Positions 13,031 through 23,966 of a DNA stretch of 64,000 nt are shown here, one piece after another. Under the pieces are notes generated by a model. The model had not been told where the DNA came from, made no database searches, and was given only the letters and a program-made list of their open reading frames with translations. The number at the start of each line of letters is the position of its first letter. The stretch's first letter is position 1. Location of the stretch: assembly GCA_951406725.2 (NCBI GenBank), contig OX597816.1:1054001-1118000 (forward strand), written 5' to 3'. This DNA comes from Octopus vulgaris. Its lineage: Eukaryota. The translations under genes and the position numbers were made by a program.

Positions 13031-13740
13031 CAGGGGTTGGACAAAATAATGGAAACATCTTAAAATTTCAAACAAATTTATTTTAACATGGGGTAGGACT
13101 GCCTTTGCCAGTAATTACAGCCTAAATTCTGCAAGGTATGAACTCGTACAAAGTTTGAATTGTTCCCAAAGGAATTTTTAGTCCATTTTCAGCTAAAACA
13201 GTCTCCAGTTCTTATAGTGATGATAGTGGAGGATATCAACTCCTTACTTGTTTTTCTAAAATGCACCATAAATGTTCAATAATATTGAGATCTGGGGACT
13301 GTGGTGGCCAGATAAGATGTTCATCTTCACTAGAATGTTCTTCGTGCCATTCAGTGACAAATTTAGCTGTGTGAATTGGTGCATTATCATCCTGAAAGAT
13401 TGCGTTTCCTGAAAGATTCCGGAAGCAGTTCCGCAACTATAGGATGAAATTGATCAGATAAAATGCTTAAATAGTCTTGACTATTAATTCTGCCATGAAG
13501 GGAAGCCATTGGGCTGGCGGACTTCCAAGATATAGCCCTCCAGATCATCACAGATCCTCCTCCATGTTTAACAGTTGGAAGAAGGCAGTCTGGGTTAAAT
13601 GCTTCTTAAGGCTGTCACCACATGTATACTTGGCCGGTGGTTGGAAATAAGGTGAAGGATGACTTCTCCGAGAAAATAGCATTCCTCCACTGCTCTAGGG
13701 ACCAATTCTGTAGGTTTTTACTCCACTCTGAACGCTTTTT
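13031..13740 (-). mobile_element. Tc1-like (DD34E) transposon, 3' half with one TIR
   Basis: TA|CAGGGGTTGGACAAAATAATGGAAAC TIR. Minus-strand translation WSLEQWRNAIFSEKSSF ... IFQDDNAPIH ... WPPQSPDLNIIEHLW. Confidence 0.9.
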
Positions 13741-14090
13741 TCCTGTCCCCTGTTCTCTCAGGCTTAGATATACAAGGATTTGATAAAACTAGTCTGTAAA
13801 TTAAAACTGACCCCATAAAACAGTGACAAGCAAAATCTGTAAGAAATCTTTCTTCCTGATATTTAGTAGCTTCTAAGTGGAAGTGAAGGCAGCATGTTCT
13901 TTGTCTATCTCCTCAGCTTCTTGGAGATTTTAAGTAAAATTATACTAATGTGTCCATCTGTTCTAATTCAATTAAATTCTATGTCTTTGTGCAGCTGAGG
14001 ATTGCTCTGCATTAAATTGCTGTAATGGTTGCAGTGTTCACGTGAAACAATCGTAGTGCATTACCTCTGAACATCCTTGTTAATTTTGAT

Positions 14091-14494
14091 GAGCCTGGTG
14101 CAGCCTTCTGGCTTCCCAGATCCCCGGTCGAACCGTCCAACCCATGCTAGCATGGAGAACGGACGTTAAACGATGATGATGATGATGATACGTGTGTATG
14201 TGTGTGTATATATATATATATCATCATCATCATCATCATCATCGTTAAACGATGATGATGATGATGATGATGATATATATATATATATACACACACATAC
14301 ACACGTATCATCATCATCATCATCGTTTAACGTCCGTTCTCCATGCTAGCATGGGTTGGACGGTTCGACCGGGGATCTGGGAAGCCAGAAGGCTGCACCA
14401 GGCTCCAGTCTTATCTGGCAGTGTTTCTACAGCTGGATGCCCTTCCTAACGCCAACCACTCCGTGAGTGTAGGGGGTGCTTTTTACGTGCCACC
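14091..14494. mobile_element. Two tail-to-tail RTE 3'-end elements forming a ~315-bp palindrome
   Basis: 14091-14240 is the reverse complement of 14254-14405. The right copy is near-identical to 17846-18045. Confidence 0.9.
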
Positions 14495-14687
14495 ATATAT
14501 ATATATATATATAGAAAATAGTAAAGAGTGAAAAAACTACAGAAGGCTTAAATGTTAAAAAATATATATATTTGCGTCAATATGTCTGAAGAATATTAGA
14601 AAATTTGAAAAAAAAATTTTTTTCTCTTATAATGACATAATTTAAAAGAAAGACCAGTTTCGCGTGTAGCTTTTCAACTTTCTTATC

Positions 14688-14718
<31 letters not shown>

Positions 14719-14846
14719 GTATATATACATACGCATATATATATATGTATATATATATATGCAAGAAGCTGAAATTTTTTTTTTTTTGGCCCATGACATT
14801 GCATGAACCCCAAGGCATGCGTAAAATTTGAATTTTATAAATTAAG

Positions 14847-14911
<65 letters not shown>

Positions 14912-14993
14912 TACACACATACATACATGCATACACACATACATACATACATACATACATGCGTACATACATACATACATACATACATACATA

Positions 14994-15448
14994 CCAGCTC
15001 TGTCTGGCCCCGTGTCGGTGGCACGTAAAAGCACCATCCGTTCACGTCCGTTGCCAGCCTCGGCTGGCCCCCGTGCCGGTGACACGTAAAAGCACCGTCC
15101 GTTCGTGGCCGTATGCCAGCTCTGTCTGGCCCCGTGTCGGTGGCACGTAAAAGCACCATCCGTTCGTGTCCGTTGCCAGCCTCGCCTGGCCCCCGTGCCG
15201 GTGACACGTAAAAGCACCATCCGTTCGTGGCCGTTCGCCAGCTCTGTCTGGCACCTGTGCAGGTGGCACGTAAAAAACACCCACTACACTCGCGGAGTGG
15301 TTGGCGTTAGGAAGGGCATCCAGCTGTAGAAACACTGCCAGATCTGACTGGGCCTGACGAAGCCTTCCAGCTTCACAGACCCCAGTTGACCCGTCCAACC
15401 CATGCTAGCATGGAAAGCGGACGCTAAACGATGATGATGATGATGATG

Positions 15449-15450
<2 letters not shown>
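14994..15450 (+). mobile_element. 5'-truncated RTE 3' UTR element with ~61-bp internal repeats and (GAT)n tail
   Basis: About five GGTG(G/A)CACGTAAAAGCACC units, then GGTTGGCGTTAGGAAGGGCATCCAGCTGTAG...CGCTAAACGATGATGAT. Confidence 0.85.
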
Positions 15451-15479
<29 letters not shown>

Positions 15480-16860
15480 CACACATTCATACATTCATAC
15501 ATGGGATCATTAATTCAACTGAATCTTAAATGAGATTGTGTGACTCGAATGTCTTTATCGGGGCCATTAAACACAAACACACACACACACACACACACAC
15601 ACATCTAACTACAGACTAAGGTAAATTGTTGCAACAATAAGTGGAGGCTGGAGGCCCATCTACATTTGTCTAAGAATTTCCCTTTTATAACAGTGCATTG
15701 TTTATAAATTCATTTGAAAAGTACAAGAGGAAAAAGACTGAAAGCAATGTTTGTTGCTTCTCACAAATGCTTATTATACAAATATATATTATGGTGGGGT
15801 AGGCCAATATATAATAAAGCTATGATGGAATTACCAGTGTAATCTTATATGAAATTGTTTCCGTTCTGTTTTTCCTCATTTAACTCAACACAAACAGTGA
15901 AGTAGTTTCCATTATCAAACAGTTTTCTGTTTTTTGATAGTTTATTAGTATTATTATTTGTTGTCACCAGTTGCCATGCAACTCACTGCATTTGTTACAA
16001 CATATTGATACAATTAAAAGTTTCTCTTGAATGAGTTTTAGTCGTTAATTTGCTAATTGTATAATAAACAAACAACAACAAAAAAATATCCTTATTGATT
16101 ACTGTGTGTCTAATTTGTTCAAACAGAATTTTATATTAAGTCAGTTGGTGAGTCTATACGGATGGTGGCTAATCACATAGTCAATAAATGATCTTTTCTT
16201 TGCTAATTCGAGGTTGAAGGGCAGGGCTAATGGCATCGTGGGGCTCTTCTGAGAAACAAGAGTATTAGGGGATATTAGCAGAGTTAATATTTGGTTTTGA
16301 ATTGTCACATGTCAACATTTACTAAGAAGGTATGAGAAGATGTGCGTAAGTGGAAGTTAGAATTCCTAAGGAATGTATACCTAAGGACAAAGACTGTATT
16401 TAAAACATGATGGTGTAGACAAGATGGAGCAAACAAAATAAGGAAAGCTATGGTTGTTTTACAAAAAAATAATACGTCAGTTGAGCAATGTACCAGTGGC
16501 TGGTGTTTGGACAAAAAAAAAAGGGTTATTGATATCCTTATCTATCTCTATTCTTTTATATGTTTTAGCCCTGTCTCATACACACACACACACACACTAG
16601 CATGGGTTGGATAGTTTGACAAGAGCTGAGAAGGCCAGGAGCTGCACCATGCTCCAGTGTCTGCTTTGGCATGGTTTCTATAGCTGGGTCCATATCCTAA
16701 CATCCACCACTTGACAGAATGTAGAGGCTGCCTTTTTATGTGGCACCAGTACTCATGCTGTTTTACGTGGCCCCTTGGTTTCAGCATATTAGTTCTGTTG
16801 CTAAGATATTGTAATATTGTAAAATAGTAAAAATACAAAAATTAAAAGTAAAAATCGAAC

Positions 16861-17834
16861 TGTAAGGATCATGCGATGTGTGGTGCAAGAATGGCTCTTT
16901 AGTACCACGTCACACAGCCCTTACAATAAAGAGAAAATTGAAAGAACCATTTACTTGCCAGATGTAAAAAGAGATACAAGCGCGTAAAAGGATTAAGAGA
17001 AGATTTATTGATATGTTAACATGTGCATTATGTATACAGAATCACACACAGGCCGTCATGAAAACAAAATGTATGTGTGTGTGTAAGCATAGACGTATGC
17101 ACGTGTTAAGAACATTTAAGGATGGCAATGGAGAAGGAGACGGTGAAAGAATCTATAGTCATCGAAATGAGAAGTAAGTTCCTAGACACAAGAAAGATAC
17201 CAGTTTGTAGTCAATAGTCCACAGTAATTGAAATACCGTATCAAGAAGTCGTGGCCATGATGCTGAGCTGATTACAGGTATGTGAAGTCATGGCTGTGAT
17301 GCTGCTGCCTGGGTCTCTTGACACAGGAGTTCATACAGGTTGTATATTTGCTGTTGATCCATGGTGTGATAATTCATGAACAATGAAGTGTTGGAACCTG
17401 GGTGAATTGCTAGCTGAGCTGTGTACGTAGAGAGATGATGTGGAAGACATTAAGAACACGATGGCAGCGACAAAGGAAGAGGTTGTCATAATGCTGTTGG
17501 ATGAAGTTGGTAGGTTTCAGCAGAGCTGCTGTGGTAGTGTTGTTTGGCATTGTTGCTGGAACTGGCTGTGTCTTTGTGGTCAGTGGCTAGACCTTAAAAG
17601 GTCTGGAACAAAAGACTCCAGAGCAAGGAAAAGCTGAGTTTTATAAGGAACTGTAGGCTCAAAACAGTGTAGTAACCAAACTGTCCCACGTGATCCTACT
17701 TAGGGCTCCCAACTAGTTATACATGGCAGTTGGCGCAATTGAGTAAGAGACAAATAGCACCTATACCAACCAATCAGAGTAGTGGACACAACAGGATCCA
17801 AATAGCAGCCAAAGGCTAGCTGTTCCCTGCTACG
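16861..17834 (-). mobile_element. Possible solo LTR
   Basis: TG...CA-like ends (one mutated), minus-strand TATAAAA near 17640 and AATAAA near 17005. No TSD seen. Confidence 0.3.
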
Positions 17835-17844
17835 TTCAAATACA

Positions 17845-17845
<1 letters not shown>

Positions 17846-17875
<30 letters not shown>

Positions 17876-18106
17876 GTTTAACGTCCGTTCTCCATGCTAG
17901 CATGGGTTGGACGGTTCGACCGGGGATCTGGGAAGCCAGAAGGCTGCACCAGGCTCCAGTCTAATCTGGCAATGTTTCTACAGCTGGATGCCCTTCCTAA
18001 CGCCAACCACTCCGTGAGTGTAGTGGGTGCTTTTTACGTGCCACCTGCACAGGTGCCAGGTGAGGCTGGCAACGGCCACGGTCGGATTGGTGTATTTTAT
18101 GTGCCA
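17846..18106 (-). mobile_element. RTE 3' UTR element with (GAT)n tail
   Basis: (CAT)n-CGTTTAACGTCCGTTCTCCATGCTAGCATGGG...GGATGCCCTTCCTAACGCCAACC. Confidence 0.85.
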
Positions 18107-18259
18107 CACATATATATAATAAATGGGAGAGAGGAATTTCAAAGCCTACACCACAGAACTATATTGGAATTTGATTGACATTATTTATGTATACACAGTT
18201 TTACAAATCCTGAACCACACACACACACACATACATACATATATATATATAAAGATAGA

Positions 18260-19140
18260 TAAGGCCGGTCTATGGGATTACCCTGGGTTTCACATTCATA
18301 AAGTGCTTAGCTTTACAGAGTATCATCAGTCCCCAAAACCTGTTGGCACATAGCTTCTGTAGCAAGTGATCTCACTAAAAAAATGGAGGAGGAAAGACTT
18401 CATTACTCTATGTCAACAACAGGGGATTGTCTCCTTTGGCTGTTATTCGTAATCGACTGTTATCATGTGGGTCCCAGGATACCAGCAGGAATTTCCTGAA
18501 GTGTGAACTCCACTCTGGAGTTAAGGATGTTCCCTAGCTCAAGAGAGTCTTTTAATATCCTCACCCGTTCGGCTGTGCATAGTTTACAGTGCTTGGTCCC
18601 ATTTATGTAGAGACGTGGCTTTTCTAAGATTCTCCATGATATTACGTGTGCAATTCCTTTGTCCTTCAGCCACCACCATACCTTGCTGGCTAATGGTGCA
18701 GTGTATCTCCTTGCCAGTGTCTTGAATGTGTGAAGTTGCTTATCTACAAGAATAAAGAATATCCTACATACACACATTTTTACATTGAGTGAGAAGCTGG
18801 GTGCCAACCAAATGATATTTCTTGGGTGCTTCCTTCTGAGGGTGTTAGGGCCTGGCATATAGGAGATGTGGTCCCTAAATCCGCTAGCAGCTAGTGCCTC
18901 ATTATAGTAGGGGACTGCTGCATCAAGAATTTCTTGAGGAAAGGTTTGTGACCCTCTTGCTCACACCTTTCACCAGGTTTTTGAACACAATGGGTGGATG
19001 GCAGGAGGCTGTGTTGATGTATGTCAGCTTCTCATTTGGTTTGTGGTATGTACCAGAGCTCAAGTCGAGCATGATATCTAAGGAGTCTGTGGTGATGAGA
19101 TTGGTTTCAATAGTAATTTTCAGTCCCAGATCTTCTTAGG
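18260..19140 (-). pseudogene. Penelope-like element remnant (RT C-terminus, linker, GIY-YIG C-terminus), with deletions
   Basis: LGLKITIETNLITTDSLDIMLDL...KPNEKLTYINTASCHPP; RNIIWLAPSFSLNVK; ISWRILEK...NGTKHCKLCTAE...LNSRVE. These match typical PLE motifs. Confidence 0.85.
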
Positions 19141-19500
19141 TCTACCTCTTCCACAGGTTCCCTCCACTGTTAGGGTGTGATACTTCTTCACACAGCTGTC
19201 CTCATCCATACGTAACACACGACCATACCAGCGCAGTCATCTCTCTTGCACACCACATCTGATAGTTATTATGTCCAACTTTTCTCTCAGGGCACTTACA
19301 CTGTGTTGTGTATGCACACTGACATTACACATCCAGTAAAACATCCTAGCTTCATTTCTTTCAAGCCTACACATCTCCTCAGCAGCCACAGCCCATATTT
19401 CACTGCGGCTGTTCACCTTGTAGCATGGCTCTCTGAGTGAGAGGCCCTTTATTACCAGCAGAGGTAGGAGCTCTCTCAACTTTACCCAGGCTATTCTTAT
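19140..19500 (-). pseudogene. RTE LINE ORF C-terminal fragment
   Basis: RELLPLL...WAV.AEEMCRLERNEARMFYWMCNVS...LRWYGRVLRMDED; homologous to 28900-29290. Confidence 0.85.
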
Positions 19501-19740
19501 TCTATATATATATATATATATATGCTATTTCTACTTTCACTAGTTTCAGCCCAGGGCTGAGGTCATGCTGGTGCACCACCTGTAATTACTTGGTGTTGTT
19601 TCTAGAATTGTTTTTGGTGAAGTAGCAAATTGGACGGAGCAGCTCTTCTTTGTGGCTTCATCTGATATCGCAGTAACAAACCTGTCCAGACATTTCTTGA
19701 AAACTTCCAGGAATGTCTGGACAGGTTACTAACTGAGATA

Positions 19741-19817
<77 letters not shown>

Positions 19818-19849
19818 ACAAAGTAAAGTTGTAAGGTACTACACTTTGG

Positions 19850-21165
19850 CCTCTTTGCCCAAAACCGCCTTGAGAGCCTTTGCCATGATGTTCAGTGCAG
19901 AACTCAGGCCAAAACCCAGTTGAGTCAGGCAGTACATTCTGCCCCTGTACCTCACCAGTTAGTACTTCTACAACTTATCTGATATATGGAGCTGAAGATA
20001 GGCAAATAGTCGGCCCCAACTCCCTCACAAAAGCTTTCTCCACATACGTCTGCTGCCTTGCCACCCATATGACAGGGCACATATTCGTTCAGTTCTCTGA
20101 AGTCTAGCACCAATCAAACCTTGTTCTTTGTTGGCTGAACCACAGCCATCAATGGCAGCACATCACCCCTCGTCTCCTCACTGCATGGCATCAGAATTCC
20201 CTCCTCTATCCACATAAACCTGGCTTCTCTTATACTATTTCTCAGTACAGGAGGTTCTCTTTTCAAGAAGTACTCCACTGTCCATCTTTTGCCATTGAAC
20301 TCAGCACAGAAGTCTTTGTCTTCAACTGCAACCATAGAAGACTCTCTCTGGGCCAGTAATCTGTCTCTCCTACTATCTTCTTCCTTCACTCCACATTCAG
20401 GGCACACAGCACACCGGTCACCAAACTCTACTCCTCCCCACCAACCATCACACCTCCTAATCATGTGATCATGTCCATTATGACCCCTATGTCGATGCCG
20501 TTCATTTCCCAGCTTGCAGTTATTTGCTGTGCCCAGGGTAGCCACATTGGCTTCAGTTCCATGCATTCTCTGACCACGTGCAGACCTCGATATCTGAAGT
20601 ATGGTCCCTTGGCCATTCATCTCGCCAGACTTTTGCTGTTGTTGTTTGCTACCTGCCTCTTCATCCTGCACTTGTCCACCATCCCTGTCACAACACCTGC
20701 AATTTGTCAATCATCTCTCCTATCAACATCATGTCAAAGTCCAGCATCTGCTGCAGACGTACAGAGATATGGTCAGGGAAGCCGGTCACAAAAGCCAGCA
20801 TCACCATCCACTTCATCGCTGCTCCAGTAAACCCTGCTAGGCTCACCAACCTGCTAATCTTGTCTACGTAATCGTCTATCTGCTCACTGGTCCATCTCAC
20901 TCTCCCGGGCTGGCTGGCTGTGGGTCTTAAAAGCACCCCCACCTCGTACACGTCCTTCAGCTGCTCCTCAGTTTTTTCTTGGTCTGCTTCGTCCAGCTCC
21001 AAGTAGAGATTCACTGCCTTCAAAGCACAACGGCACAAGACTAGCCACGTCTTCTATTCCCAGCAGCTTTGCCACAAGTCTCACTTTCTTTATCCAGGCC
21101 ACCACATCACCTTCCCCAGTGAATGGTCTCAACTCATCACAACCAATTCTGATTTTTGAGGCCAT
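19850..21165 (-). pseudogene. Gypsy-type LTR retrotransposon gag-pol remnant
   Basis: Gag MASKIRIG..LRPFTGEGDVVAWIKKVRLVAKL, AFVTGFPDHIS and a decayed zinc-knuckle region, then RT start WIEEGIL...LPLMAVVQPTKNKV*LVLDFRELNEYV. Confidence 0.85.
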
Positions 21166-21289
21166 TTCAAAAAAACAAAACAAACAAAAAACGAGGAAGA
21201 ACAAGAGCAACAAAAAACTATGAAAAAATCTGCTTCTCAGATGTCGGATCCTCACAGCCAGTAACATCTGCTGAAATGGCTTGTGATTT

Positions 21290-21625
21290 AAAGGCATGGA
21301 AATAAAGTGGTTCTTATGTCAACTTGCAAATCAGGTACTGACAAGTGGCATCATGATCTGGTCAGGTGTTATCGGAGGTATTATGGTTGGTCTTTGGAAA
21401 GTGTTGAAATGACTGTAGGTGCTTACACAGCCTTTCTGAGAAAGCATATTGAACCTTGGTTAAAAAAGCAAAGGTCCACCCTGATATTCATGCAAGATAA
21501 TGTGCCCTTGCACTCAGTGAAGAAAACGACAGTGTATCTGTAATGATTAGGCTTCTGTGGACCTTGGACGTTGAAGTGGCCTGCCTGTTCCCCTGACTTA
21601 AACCCGATAGAAAACTTGTGGAGTT
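21290..21625 (+). pseudogene. Tc1-like transposase fragment
   Basis: GIMIWSG...IFMQDNVPLH...WPACSPDLNPIENLW. Confidence 0.85.
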
Positions 21626-21929
21626 ATTTATTTATTTTTTTTAATTTGTAAATATTATACTAATGTTTTTTCATGCAGAACTACATTACATGAAAAGATT
21701 CTCTCTAAAATTGAATGTTTAAAAGAAAAGGGGAGACAGAACATTTTGTATTCTAAATATAACTCAAAGAGGAGAAAAAGAAGGAAAGAGGAGAAGGAAA
21801 AAAGAGGGGAAGAGAGAAAGAAAGCAAAAAGACTTTCAGTGATCACCACACCTTTTTTTTTTCTGAAGAGGTCACCATCCTTAAACCCATTTCAATAAAT
21901 GACTAAATAAATAAATGAATGGTGAATAG

Positions 21930-22892
21930 GTATGCACACTGACATTACACATCCATCGGATCATACTGGCTTCATTCCTTGCAAGCTTATCTATGTCCTC
22001 AGCAGTCACAGCCCATGTTTCACTACCATGTAGCATGGCTGTTCGTATACAGTCTACCTTTTACTCTGAGCGAGAGGCCCTTTGTCACCAGCAGAGGTAA
22101 GAGCTCTCTGAACTTTGCCCAAGCTATTTTTACTCTAGCAGCTACACTTTCCTCTGCAACTGACTTGGTCACCTAGGTAACGGAAACTATCAACTACTTC
22201 TAGTTTTTCTCCCTGGAATGTGGCGGAAGTTGTTCTCTGCGCATTTTCAGTGTTTATTGCTCCTGAGCATCTGCCACATACAAGAACTGTCTTCCCAGTT
22301 AGCCTTCCTTTGATATTACTACACCTCTTTTGTGTCCATAGCCTAAACTGGGTACATCTTATAGAGTTTCTACCTACACCTCTACTACAAATCGAGCAGG
22401 GCCATCTACATGAAGGGATTTGTGGTTTGTCTGCCTTCCTACTTAGGACTTTGGTTTTAGCTAGGTTGATTCTAAGGCCCTTCAATTCTAATCCTTGTTT
22501 CCACACCTGAAACTTCTCCTCTAGTTCTGATAGTGACTCAGCAATTAGAGCAAGGTCGTTGGCATAGAGGAGCTCCCAGGGGCATCCTGTCTTGAATTCC
22601 TCCGTTATTGCCTGGAGGACTATGATAAATAGGAGGGGGCTGAGGACTGAACCCTGGTGGACCCCAACCTCTACCTTGAATTCTTCAGTGTACTCGTTGC
22701 CAACCCTTACCTTACTGACAGCGTCCCTGTACATGGCTTGCACAGCTCTCACTAACCATTCATCTATCCCTAGTTTCCTCATTGACCACCAGATAAGGGA
22801 TTGGGGGACCCTGTCAAAGGCTTTCTCCATGTCAAACAAAGCCAGGTACAGGGGCTTATCCTTGGCTAGGTATTTCTCCTGCAGCTGTCTTA
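21930..22892 (-). pseudogene. RTE LINE reverse transcriptase fragment with Cys-rich insert
   Basis: DMEKAFDRVP, GVHQGSVLSPLLF, ELLYANDL, INLAKTKV, FRYLG. Confidence 0.93.
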
Positions 22893-23128
22893 CCCAAAAA
22901 ACAAAAAAGAATGTTCTCTTCTTCTAAACAAACCCTCCCCCAAAATATCTTTTTTATAAATGTTTAAGCTGTTTGTACATTCACAAAATTTTATTTGACA
23001 ATTTCGAGAAAGGAAAGAAAGTGGTAATAAAAATGTAGAAACGAAAAGATTTTTTTTCTAAAATTCTGAGGACATTTTTTTCTCAATATTCATTTTCTGT
23101 ACACCACACCTAACACTCTATACGTATC

Positions 23129-23162
<34 letters not shown>

Positions 23163-23164
23163 TT

Positions 23165-23557
23165 TTTCTTTTATTCTTTTACTTGTTTCAATCATTTGAC
23201 TGCAGCCATGCTGGAGCACTGCCTTTAGTTGAGCAAATCAACTTCAGGATTTATTCTTTATAAGCCTAGTACTTATTCAATCAGTCTCTTTTGCTAAACC
23301 ACTAAGTTAAGAGGACGTAAACACACTGGCATCAGTTGTCAAGCAATGTTGGGGGGACAAACACAGACACACAAACATATACATACATATATATATATGC
23401 ACGACAGGCTTCTTTCAGTTTCCATCTACCAAATCCACCCACAATGCTTTGGTCGGCCCAAAGTAGAAGACACTTGCCCAAGGTGCCACGCAGTGGGACT
23501 GAATCCAAAACCATATGGTTGGTAAGCAAGCTACTTACCACACAGCCACTCCTGCAC
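23165..23557 (-). mobile_element. tRNA-derived SINE family B, full length (other copies ~6195-6345, 37510-37885, 52155-52260, 60140-60490, 62420-62725)
   Basis: Minus strand GCAGGAGTGGCTGTGTGGTAAG head, CORE-like CACCTTGGGCAAGTGTC, internal microsatellite, tail ...GAAACAAGTAAAAGAATAAAAGA. Confidence 0.85.
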
Positions 23558-23925
23558 TTAGGATGTATGAAAGTAGTGTTCAAATAGGTAGACAGACCAT
23601 ATTCATTGCTAGATTTGCTGAAGAGAACATTCCTGGCTTTAGCCAATGCGTATTGAAAGACTCAGGTCATTTCATGTCATCTTCTCCTGGCAGAATGAGA
23701 ATGTTTTCCTTGCTCCTTGGCAATCAGTCAGCTACGATATTTTATTTAGCCAGGACCAACATCAAAACAGGACCAACTCATGCTTTGATGATGATGAGGA
23801 TGATGATGATTTAGTTTAAAGAAACAAATGTTTCTGAAGTCATTTCAGGGTTGTCTCAATTGTAATACATAATGCTGATGATTGCCAAAGAGCAAGAAAT
23901 GCATTTTTGAACTGACCTAAATGCT

Positions 23926-23966
<41 letters not shown>

